From Octopus sinensis (taxonomy: Eukaryota), in contig NW_021835482.1 of the NCBI RefSeq assembly GCF_006345805.1, positions 1-64,000 on the forward strand: a stretch of 64,000 bases of DNA, written 5' to 3'. The notes beneath the pieces were generated by a model. It did no database searches. It saw only the letters and a program-made list of their open reading frames with translations, and was not told the origin of the DNA. Both the position numbers and the translations under genes were made by a program. Of this stretch, positions 53,238 through 64,000 are shown piece after piece (position 1 is the stretch's first letter; the number at the start of each line of letters is the position of its first letter).

Positions 53238-53900
53238 TGTATGTATGTATATATCTATGTATTTATATATGTATGTATATAAATATATTGCCTGATCTTG
53301 TAATATGATGTCTCACATTCAGCCTGGGTGTTGTGATTCACTTTCGTCCTTACATGTGCGCGGATAAGACTTTCCAGGTCAACTCAGTGCAACCGTCGCC
53401 ATAGAAGTTTATAAAACAGAAAGCAGTACAAGAAATAAAATGATAGGAAGACACTCGGACGTCACTGGATTTAAGTGTCAAGAGCTTGTACAACAATTTG
53501 CCTTTCTCTCGGTCGCCACAGCCTGTTCCAGGGACAAGCATTGCAAGATTACTGGTACTGTCTTGGCTTCAAGTTTTATGTCAGAGTACCCTTTTCCTAA
53601 AAGTGCGATTTTCCCGACGGCTTTGTCCAAAATTAACGGGAGCCTCTTCTACCTCTGAGAAATCTATTGAAATCGTAGGTGGAGCCCTAGCGGGTATAAC
53701 TGTACTGAGATAAGGGTGACTAAGGAGTGACTCCACGCTCCCCACCAAAATCAGGGCTCTCTGACGGGAGCCCCATTACCAGATCCCGTTAAATGTCACA
53801 CCCAATATAAAATATATATGTATATCAGTCTCTATAGTAATATGTATACACACACATTATATATACACACACACACACACACACACATACAGATATATAT

Positions 53901-53979
<79 letters not shown>

Positions 53980-54040
53980 ATATATTATGTATATATATGT
54001 ATATGATATGTTGTATTTGTATGTACGTACATATTCTTTA

Positions 54041-55800
54041 ATTCTTTAAATTATTTAGGCTTTACTGCTGCGGTCATGCTGGGGCACCACCGTTGGCTGT
54101 GCTCCACTATTACTTGAAACCTCCTCTGATATGTGGCATTTGGGGAATGAGGGAATTTGATGTTGCTGCCCACATCTGTGTTTCCTGCCGAGAATTAGGT
54201 TCATCTGGACCACCTGACACGAGGAGATTCAAATTTGATTTGATACCCTCATCCACATCATGCAGGTCTCTCAGGCATTTTGGAAGGATATTGAAGAGTT
54301 GTGGGCTCTTTTAAACCCTATCTGTTGCATTATCTCGTTCTGGCGGTGATGCTGGGTTCTTTGGCACTATGAAGTGGCGCCACGTTCTACTCTTTGTGTA
54401 ACTTTCAATGCCAAAGTTTGACACAAGGCATTCCAGAATTCTCCAGATGACATCTCTGTTATCTTTCCGCCTCGTTCTAGGATAGACGTAATACAATGTA
54501 TGTATCTTTGTTCATTATATGCATAGTATACATATGTATATATATATATATACATATATATCATATATATCTATAATATATATAATATTATATATATATA
54601 TAAGATATATATTTAGATATATATATATATATAGGAGTATATAGATATGTATCTATATTTATATATATATATGATATATATATGTATATATTTATAATAT
54701 GTAATATATATATATATATATATATATTACTATATAGTATATATGTATATATATATAGAATATATATATATATATATATATTTATATGTATATATATATA
54801 TATTATAGAGAGAGAGAGAGAGAGAAGAGAGATGGATGTGACTGGGAAAATAATGTTCTCGGCAGGAGGAACACGGTTCCTGTTCTCTCGTTCAAAATCG
54901 TCCCAGAATCTATCCCGTCAGCCACCAGCATATTGTTATCATCTCAGTAATGCGATACATCATTAAACATTTTGCCTCCCAAATCTTGCCTTCATTGTCA
55001 CACGGGGATTGCAATCATTCCTCGTTCTGTCTGGTTCTGTAAGAATGTATTTTACACCCAAATGCAAAAGTTTTGGAATTTTCCATCATTACATTCCGTT
55101 CTTTGCGCCAATCCCACTCATTGTATCTTGCGTTTCTGAATAACTTTCTGGGGGACTTTGAAATTATCACGGTTCTTAGTAGCTTCTGATATTTTCCTTT
55201 CACCTGGACAGCAAGCGAGAACAGCAGTTTGCATAATTATGTTGACTCTCCAAGACATTTATGGCAAACTGCGATGGCCGTGAAACAGATCTTCGATCAA
55301 GTGTATTCACAATAATTATAACATTCGAAGTAGCATCATTTTTTACTCCAGCTTAACTTCTTTCTCTTAAAAAGACATGTAACCAATCTCCTGGTTTTCC
55401 AAGAATGCCGAGATCACGCAGTATGCGATATATCATCTACGTTCAAGATTATTGTAGATTTTCGCCAAATCGAAGTCAACTCACGAACGATAGAGTACGA
55501 GCTTCGATGTCCAGTCATAAAACTGCAGCGGCTGCGAGATGGAACTTCCACTCGGGCGGAAACAGTAAGGAACCAGAATGATAGGCCAGTAAATCTTATG
55601 ACCTACTTCCATCCTGATTGAGAGACTATACGCTTTCTTTCAGAGTCTTAGGTACCTCAGCATTTTGAAAGCGTCTTCAGGTGTTTTGCTAAAGTTCGTT
55701 TTGCATGATTTCAAGAGAATTGTCAGAAATCTAATGCGGCCAGTTGCTCGGGTTGAGTTAATTTGAAACGGGTTTGACATGACACCTTCGTCCTTTACGC
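54041..55800 (-). mobile_element. Degenerate CR1/L2-type LINE (same family as 1463-2446), interrupted by (TA)n at 54490-54835
   Basis: Minus frames FLTILLKSCK, YRILRDLGILGKPGDWLH, IWRILECLVSNFGIESY, QLFNILPKCLRDLH and PDEPNSRQETQMWAATSNSL; tail GGTGGTGCCCCAGCATGACCGCAG. Confidence 0.85.
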
Positions 55801-56096
55801 CAAGGTAAGCACTATCGTCGCCATATGATTACTGGTATCATTGACTTCGTCGACATCAGTCACTGCTACTACGACGTAATGGTAGTAGGTGGCGCTAGCG
55901 ACGGGCGAACGAAAGAAAAGCAGAGGAGTCTGCAGATTTCGGGTGTGAATAGCTTACCTCGTTTATTTAGTGACATGTGTACCAGGAAGGTCGTGCAACA
56001 CTTTTAACATTTGGTGAACTCTTTCCTTGGGACACTGGCCCTATTTTGTAACGAACTAAAACAAATGCTTTGGCAAAATTATAGAAAAATTTCAGG

Positions 56097-56132
<36 letters not shown>

Positions 56133-56135
<3 letters not shown>

Positions 56136-56506
56136 TTTTGCTTGTTTCAGTCATTTGAGTGCGGCCATGCTGGACTACCGCCTTTAGTCGAACAAATCGA
56201 CTCCAGGACTTGTTCTTTGCAAGCCTAATACTTATTCCATCGGTCACTTTTGCCGAACCGCTAAGTTACGGGGACCTAAACACACTAACATCGGTTGTCA
56301 AGCGATGGCGGGGTGGGGACAAACACAGACACACAACCATATCTTCGACAAGCTTCTTACCGTTTCCGCCGACCAAATCCACTAACAGGGCATTGTTCGG
56401 CTCAAGGCTATAGTAGGAGACAGTTGCCCAAGGTTCCACGCAGTGGACTGAACCCAGAACCATGCGTTTGGGATGCAAGCTACTTACCACACAACCACTG
56501 CTGCCC
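56133..56506 (-). mobile_element. Full-length SINE family B
   Basis: Colinear with 29240-29627. Confidence 0.92.
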
Positions 56507-57550
56507 TGATCTATTTCTCGGTGTCCGTTCTTCTTTCGCGGAAAGGGTTCACATCATTCGTGGTTTCTAACTTACCTTTGAAGTGGCATCACTCGATGTC
56601 TGAGGTTCATTAATTTAAATGATTTGACATAATTGTTCCTCTTGTTCTTCTTGTTCTCTCTCTCTCCCTCTCTCTTCCCTCTCTAACTCTCTCTCTCTCC
56701 CTCTCTCCTCTCTCTCTAACTCTCTCTCTTTCCCCTATCTTGCTCGCTTTCGCTCTCTCTCTCTCTCACAACCACACATATATATATATTTACTGACATA
56801 CAAGCAATAATTTTATAAGTCGATATTACTAAGTAAGTGACTCGGGAGTCTAGAGTTTCATTCCAGGGCACAAATCAAGAAACTAGAAGCTCTTACCTAT
56901 CCACGGGGTCCATAAGCAACGACTGAACTGCACTGACCTGGTCAATGGGCATCAAAGACCAACGCTTGATAACAAGGATAAATTGAATCATTCACGTGGC
57001 ATTGGAATGTTTCTGGGGGATTTCAAAAGCAAATAAAATAGCTCCATCACTGGTTCTCTCGCTCTCTCTCTCTCTCTCACTCTCTCTCTCTCTCTCTCTC
57101 TCTCCCTCTCTCTCTCTGACAATTGAAAAGATGGAACTGATCAGACTCGTTTCTATACTGTTCTCAGGGAAAAAATGCACATCTTTAATCCACAGATTGA
57201 TTAGCTGATTATACCTAATTTCAATCTACCTAATTATAGAATATACAGACTAAGAATAAATTACACTGGTCACTCGAATTTGCATAAAAATGCAAACGAG
57301 GACAATGTAAAAGATACCTTACATTTCAAATTATCACAAAAGGTTGTGTTGTGCTCCCTTAATTAATCCCCGTTATCAATGAATACACTGACGATAAAGT
57401 GAGATGAGCTCGGTCCTTTTTATTTAATATTAAGACTGAACGCCAGATAATGCGGCGTTCCTTTTGAGATACAACCCCCGAACATTGGATGTGTTTCTGT
57501 ATGTAGGTGTTCGCTGAATGATTACCCAACGTAATATTTGTTTACATTAA

Positions 57551-57756
57551 GGCGGTGAGCTGGCAGAGTGGTTAGCACGCCGGGCGAAATGCTTAGCGGA
57601 ATTTCGTCTGACTTTACGCTCTGAGTTCAAATTCCACCGAGGTTGACTATGCCTTTCATCCTTTCGGGGTCGATAAATTAAGTACCAGTACTGGGGTTGA
57701 TCTAATCGACTGGCCCCCTCCTCAAAAACTTCGGGCCTTGTGCTTAGAGTAGAAAA
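57551..57756 (+). mobile_element. SINE family A monomer (well preserved)
   Basis: A-box TGGCAGAGTGG, B-box GAGTTCAAATTCC, core GAGGTTGACTATGCCTTTCATCCTTTCGGGGTCGATAAATTAAGTACCAG, which resembles the Sauria/Meta-type SINE central domain (assignment needs a Dfam/Repbase check). Confidence 0.93.
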
Positions 57757-57980
57757 AAAAGAGAATATTTGAGTACATTCTCGCATCAATTTATTTCCAA
57801 ACCGGTCTGCATAGAACCATTTTTCTTTCAGGTGATACCTGAGGATTACGTCCCGTTGCAGGAAGTTGGACGAAGGATTCATGTCAACCCAATACGATAG
57901 ATTGAGCTGCAATAAAATGAAATATCGACTAAATGCACTATGCTACTGTTAAGTTATTTTGTTATCCTAACATGGGTCTG

Positions 57981-58313
57981 AGACCCCCTTCAGTCATGAC
58001 TGCCAATGGGATTGCACCTAGAAAGTTATCCCCCAAAGCACAAGTCTGGGCAAGGCTGTTTGTGGAAGGCCAGCATTCACCCATGCATACCGGCCTTCCC
58101 TCTCCACGCCACGAGTGTTATCCAAGGGAAAGGCAAAGGCCGATACGGCTTAGCACCAGTGACATCACAACTCATTTCTACAGGTGAGTGAACTGGAGCA
58201 ACGTGAAATAAAGTGTCTTTCCCAAGAACACAACACACAGCCGAGTCCAGGATTCGAACTCACGACCTCACTATCGTAAGCTTGATGCTCTAACCGCTGA
58301 GCCACACGCCTTC
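57981..58313 (-). mobile_element. SINE family C1
   Basis: A-box TGGCTCAGCGG, B-box GAGTTCGAATCC, CORE-like GTGTTCTTGGGAAAGACACTTTATTTCACGTTGCTCCAG as in C2, but a different 3' half. Confidence 0.88.
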
Positions 58314-58920
58314 ACATGGTACCTAATGCCGTCCAGTTCGGTGGTTAGTATAGATTTTAATATCAAACTTGGTAGCTAGACCTTCCAGGATCGTCCATAT
58401 GTGTATCACTGCATACCTTTCTCGACTTCTTTCCAGAGAGTACAGCTTCAGTTCTGCTATCCTTTCTCAGCAGCTCATCTGTTTCACCCTGTAGTGGAGC
58501 TGGATTTCATGAGGTCCTGCCACGAATTTGACGCTCTGCGGTGACCAGAGCTGGGATCAATAATCCAGACGACTGACGACAAATGTCCTCCATGGGAGTT
58601 GCAAGGGATCCTCATTTCTGGTTCCGAATGATCTAAGGATCCATCCAGCCACTCGCCTGCACAGTGTTGCCATCCTGGCAATATACATATGGAATGTTGC
58701 ATCTCTACTCATGTGGATTCCTAGTCACGCACCGATTCTAACTCTGGTATTGCACTACCCTCTGGTCCCATGTATTCTGTTTATGGCCCCATGCCGGACT
58801 GCTTGAAACTGATCACAACATGTTATTTTCATCAACCCATTGTGGACGAACTCTGCATAGCATTTCGCAGGGATTTTACCCGAAGCTTATAAATATATAT
58901 ATATATATATATAATATATA

Positions 58921-59124
58921 TGTAAAAATAATATGCGACAACTATTCGGTAGCCAACATAAAACTCTCCAGTTTCGGATGTCGATGTGGAAATCCACGAC
59001 AACATCTCTTCGGTTATCAAGAGTTTTATCTTGGCTACCGAATAATTGTCACATATTTTACAGATAAATTTCCTCTATTTACATTATATTGAGGTCTCTT
59101 TCTTTCTTTTGTTTTCTTACCGTT
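58921..59124. mobile_element. (TA)n-embedded fold-back element carrying a hammerhead motif (second family)
   Basis: Arms 58921-58966 and 59021-59062, right-hand extension to 59124, (TA)n on both sides. Confidence 0.7.
58957..59018 (-). ncRNA. Type I hammerhead ribozyme motif
   Basis: GATAA-CCGAAGA-GATGT...GTGG(ATTT)CCAC...ACATC-C-GAAA-C(TGGAGA)G-TT-TTATG; the right arm reads TTATC, restoring stem I to 5/5. Confidence 0.6.
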
Positions 59125-59132
59125 TTTTACGA

Positions 59133-59205
<73 letters not shown>

Positions 59206-59206
59206 C

Positions 59207-59274
<68 letters not shown>

Positions 59275-59300
59275 TATACATATATAATATATATATATAT

Positions 59301-59344
59301 CGCTTTGCAAATTCTGTTTCGCAATGATAGTAAGAGCCGACATC
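59301..59344 (-). rRNA. 28S: 44-bp 28S rRNA-derived fragment (pseudogenic)
   Basis: Reverse complement GATGTCGGCTCTTACTATCATTGCGAAACAGAATTTGCAAAGCG matches the conserved LSU stretch GATGTCGGCTCTTCCTATCATTG.GAAGCAGAATTC...AAGCG. Confidence 0.85.
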
Positions 59345-60326
59345 TTGTCCGCCTGAGATACTTTTGTATCATCGGCGTAGCTGGTAAGGGTGGCTGAATG
59401 TACGAGGGGACCACTACAAAACGTCGTATTCCCAGAAGAGTTCCCCGAGGAATTCCGCTGCGGACTGATGTCTCCCCAGACAGAGCACCCTTGGTTGCAA
59501 CTGCCTGAATTCTGTCCTTTAAAATGTCGTGCAGCCACTCTCTCAGACTTCCAGGGATGCCAAGGTAGCGTAGTTTGTGACATATCATCCTATAATGGAT
59601 TAATGGATTTTGTCAAAGGCCTTGGCAAAATCGTGATATATCACATCTACATTTGAGTGGTTGAGCTGCTGTTTCGGTACCCAATCATAATGCTGAAATA
59701 ACTGGGTGAGGCAGTTCCTCTCTTAGTGAAACCATGTGCTGTGTTTGTGACAATGCATTCTACGACCTTTCTAATATGTGAAGTCAAAGCGATAAGCCTG
59801 TAACTTTTAGCATCTTCTCTGCTTCCTCCTTTATGGACTGGGCATATGACAAACTCGTTTAACAGTTTGAGAAGTTTTCCACTTATAAGGAAACTCTGAT
59901 AAAGTATCTGACGTAGTTTTGCGAGAGCTTTCTTACATATGTTTCGGAGAACAAACGGAAATCCATCCGGAACCATTGGTGAGTTTGAGCTCATCTCATC
60001 AATGGCGGATATTACATCTTCCTCTTTTATGTTGATGTAATCGATGGTTACATTTTCCCCATGTAGATCTACATTGTTGAACAACTCTTTAAGCTCGCCT
60101 ACTTGTCAAGTACTCAGAGTACAAGTGTAAACACTTATTTAGTACTTAACTTATCATCTTGGGGTCCGTCTGAAGTTAGCGAACCGTCTTCCTCAGTGTC
60201 CCTATCTTGTATGTATGTATACATACATACATAAATATATACATACATATATACATACATACATTCATATATACATAATCAATACATGCATACATACATA
60301 CTACATACATACCTACATACATATAC

Positions 60327-60402
<76 letters not shown>

Positions 60403-61284
60403 TCTAAGAGAATGTATTCGTACTTTTTCAGTCTTTACGAATAAAGCATCTGATGCGATGCATTGTGGCAATATTCCTGCGACACATTGTGACAATATCA
60501 GATTGCTTCAAATTCTGCTGTTAGATTGATACAATGTTGACATAACAACTGGGTCAATTACTCCTGATGTAATCAAAATGCAATATGATTTCTTTATTTT
60601 CTAATCCTTAATTATCTCAGAATTCATCCACCCAGTCGCCTGCACATTGTTGCTGTTTGGGAAATAGTGAGACTTGATATACGCTTACTATGTATGTTTG
60701 CATTACTTTGAATGCATACACATGCAGTGTGTTTGTGTGTGTGTGTATATCTGTAAACACACACACACACACACCACACAATTACGACACAATTACTTAT
60801 TATTTTCTTCCGACATGGGAAAATATTGGAGATTGCCTTTACTTGTTTCACAGCTTGTAGAAAATTCATCGAAAAGAGATAACTCATAAGCATTCTATAA
60901 ACGAAAGAAAAATATATCAATTGCTATTTATATCGAACACAAACCAGAACTTTAAAATAATTTGAATACGATTGACATAACTTTCGTTCGATGGCACCGC
61001 CATGAATTAAACACTGAGTATGGGATTCTTGTTTTCACGTGTATAGTTAAGTATTCTTATGTATAGTGAGTATTGAATATGGAGATGAAATCTATATTTT
61101 TTGTTTTGAGTGTGAAAAAAATGACATGATATATCTATATGTGCTAGCGTTTCACACGAAGATCAGAGTTAACTACACTGAAATCATCTGATACTTTTAC
61201 AATATAAAACATCTTGTGCACGAATTGTGATGTAATACATAGATATATGCACGTGTTGATTCGTGTGCGTTTATACTTGCATAT

Positions 61285-61316
<32 letters not shown>

Positions 61317-61721
61317 GCCATAGATATTAATGCATATATAAATTCATGTATATTATGTCTAATGTCCAATATGAATCACTTTTACGTCAGTTTGCCTAGC
61401 ACTAACATTGGGCTCTCTGGAGACAATATTCATTGCAACAGACAAATTTTCAGGTATAAAAATGTTCTATTAGTGGTTTCTGCCGATTTGTAAGAACGAC
61501 TGATAAACCAGAATCAGAAGCCATGTTCTTTCTATGATGTATTTCGCGGCTTTCATCGTCAAGTCTTTATTCGAAGCAAACCATTGCTGTAGTGTTGTAG
61601 AGCGACATAGAGAAGCAAGTAGGCGTCCTGACCCCAGGGCAATTTCTCATATTTTCCTTTCGTCTCATTTTCGAAGTTAAATCAAATTTGTTCTACAACC
61701 CACACATACACGTATAAACGT

Positions 61722-62007
61722 GGCACTTCGTCGGTTACGACGATGAGTGTTCCATTTGATCTGATCAATGGAACAGCCTGCACGTGAAATTAACGTGCAT
61801 ATGGCTGAGCACTCCACTAACACGCGTACCTTTAACATAGTTCTCAGGATATGACGAGACTGATCCATTTTATTTACAGGTACAACAGATGATTGATTGG
61901 ACTGCAGCAATTTGAAATGAAGGGTCTTGCTCAAAGTCATAAATCGCCGCTTGGAATCGAACTCACAATCGTGAGATGAATACCTTATCCACTAAGTCAC
62001 TCGCCTT
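61722..62007 (-). mobile_element. SINE family C2
   Basis: Colinear with 21646-21934; B-box GAGTTCGATTCC. Confidence 0.88.
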
Positions 62008-62435
62008 CACTATATACTTATATAACATATATGCATTATATATATATATTAGCGAGATAGATACACGATAGAAAATAGAAAAAAACAACATTCTTCATTA
62101 AATATATCACTACAATTGTTTCAATACATTTTTACACCTTTAATACATTGTTGACATATTGTGTAATTATTATCATACATCTCATATGTAAAATGCGCCT
62201 CTTCAGGTGTTTGTTTAAATAAATCTTTCCACGACACTTGCAGTGATTTTAAATGAAGAATTTTCGTTCATTCCGTTTTCAATTGCTTATCTATTTACAT
62301 AAACTCTACGGATAGTATGGAATTCCTGAAAATTCAGGAGAATTTCCATTCTATGATGACATCAGGTTGTCAATAATTGTGGACGAACTCTGCATAGCAT
62401 TCTGCAAGGATTTTACCCGAAGCTTATATATATAT

Positions 62436-62498
62436 ACGTCACTTTTTGATCCTTCTATGTTGGCTCTCCCTATCATTGCGAAACAGAATTTTCAAAGC
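62436..62498 (+). rRNA. 28S: 63-bp 28S-derived fragment, inverted duplicate of 62551-62613
   Basis: 62 of 63 positions match the reverse complement of 62551-62613. Confidence 0.88.
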
Positions 62499-62550
62499 AA
62501 TATATATATATATATATATATAATATATATATATATATATTATATATATA

Positions 62551-62930
62551 GCTTTGCAAATTCTGTTTCGCAATGATAGGGAGAGCCAACATAGAAGGAT
62601 CAAAAAGTGACGTCGCTGCGAACATTTGGCCGTCATAAGCCAATTATCCCTGTGGTAACTTTTCTGACACTTCTCGGCGGACGCATAACTCGCCGCTCTT
62701 TGGAAAGGATCGATGGGCCACGCTTTTGCTGTCCGTGTTCGTATTAAAAATCGAGATCGAGAGACCTTTTGCCCTTTTGTCCGGCTGAGCTCGCCTCGAC
62801 CCATCTGCGTTGCCGTCTGAGAGACGTACCGCACCAGTCAAACTCCCCGACCGCCACTGTTCTCTACTAAGTGTCACGCATCGGCTGCGTCGGCGTTCGT
62901 GAACGTACTGGACATGCATCGTGCGCTTCG
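62551..62930 (-). rRNA. 28S: 28S (LSU) rRNA-derived fragment, diverged pseudogene
   Basis: The reverse complement contains GGGGAGTTTGACTGG.GCGGTAC, AGAAAAGTTACCACAGGGATAA.TGGCTT and AGCGACGTC.CTTTTTGATCCTTC.ATGT.GGCTCT.CCTATCATTG from the LSU peptidyl-transferase region; several substitutions and a deletion relative to conserved eukaryotic 28S; no other rDNA nearby. The 5' boundary (62860-62930) is uncertain. Confidence 0.93.
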
Positions 62931-64000
62931 TAGTGTCCTCAAATATTTATACACACTTTAACACCTAATAACTCTTAATTTTCATTTTCGTTTTAGTTTT
63001 AATGCATTAAAAATAATGAAGGCATTTTGAACAAACGAAATTCTCCCTGAAGTGCGAGTGGAAGTGTCATAATGGAGTCGAAGTAGAAAGACAGTTTAGG
63101 AGGGAGTTTCATCCAGATGGTACCTATGCGATTCACTGTAACTCGTGTTAGGGACAACTGTAAAGCGGGTGGGTGTCCACAAGAAACGTTCAGGAATAGC
63201 ACGGACATCGACTAACCCCCATAAAGTAAGAAGGGGTAATTGGAAAGTTTTGCCAGAGTTCAAAAAATTCCGTGTAACAACTGAGTTGTGAGATAGGAAT
63301 TTCAAAATCAAACATCTATCATATTTTGAAACATTATCATTGAGAAAATTACATTCCAAGAATGGTCTATGTTCTTAAAGAAGATGAGTTGAAGATACAC
63401 TCTTTCCAACGAAAATTGTTTGAAGTGATGAAACTACATTAATTAACCCCCCAAATTGCATCTAATGGGAACCTGAGAAGCCCTATATTATGATGGAACA
63501 TCTCAATTTATCAACTGTGATGCGGCATATGCCAAAAGAGATTAAATGGAACTCTCTTTCTTATGGTATTATAATTGGTGCCACCAACTTGAATTTGCTG
63601 CGACAATTTCTCATACCCAGCATGCAAGAACACTTTGAACGTGTGCCGTTTTATTTCCAGCGGAATGGGGCAGCTCCACACTCCTATAATAATGTAAGGA
63701 CCTACCTTATCTTGACTTTACCAAACAGGTTGTCTTGAAGAAGTGTTTCTGTAGAACACCCTCCTATTTCACTGCAACTTAGACTATTAGATTTCTAACG
63801 GAGAAACTTAAACAGTAAAAGTTCTGGTGCAAAACCGGAAATAGTCAAAAGATGGAGTGCCGTCAGTGAACGTGAATCGGCACAATTGCCGAACAAAATG
63901 TTTCATGATGTTTGCGATTTCATTACTTCTCACTATCAGAAACTCCTGAACTATACCAGTCATACGTTCCAAAACAAGCGAACATAAAATTTACATTCCG
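62931..64000 (+). mobile_element. Degenerate Tc1/mariner-superfamily transposon, DD41D-type
   Basis: Candidate left TIR TAGTGTCCTCAAATATTTATACACACTTTAA; N-terminal VEVERQFRREF-like helix-turn-helix remnant; FYFQRNGAAPH...HPPISLQLRLLDF aligns to FQQDGAPPH...WPPRSPDLTPLDF, with 41 residues between the second catalytic position (63664) and the third Asp (63790). Confidence 0.8.

Larger units (their letters stand above)
58317..60085 (-). mobile_element. Degenerate CR1/L2-type LINE, interrupted at ~58843-59345
   Basis: AIDEMSSNSPMVPDGFP...CPVHKGGSREDAKSYRLIALTSHI (60084-59750), [27 protein letters not shown] (59395-59350), then WVDENNM...WILRSFGTR...ELKLYSLERSRERY (58842-58400). Confidence 0.92.

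Overview
AT-rich eukaryotic DNA dense in microsatellites, with no intact protein-coding gene that I can support; nearly all ORF-track entries are translated simple repeats. The repeat complement points to an octopus genome (inference). It comprises at least five tRNA-derived SINE families, three decayed CR1/L2-type LINE copies whose 3' tail is shared with one SINE family, R4/Dong and L1/Tx1 relics, a D34D mariner fragment, a DD41D Tc1/mariner relic and a pogo/Tigger-type MITE. The most notable signal is a set of short, mutually unrelated elements embedded in (TA)n or related microsatellites. Most have an asymmetric fold-back structure, and several carry recognisable but decayed minimal type I hammerhead ribozyme motifs (best at 52245-52290, 58957-59018 and 40040-40075), next to a possible GIY-YIG relic. 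This is the pattern expected of Penelope-like retroelement termini. The second signal is a 28S rRNA-derived segment (62551-62930) whose 3' end abuts (TA)n at essentially the same position in three copies. One copy forms a palindrome; another sits, with a shared 50-bp neighbour, inside a LINE reverse transcriptase region. All alignments and folds were done by eye, so coordinates of decayed elements are approximate.
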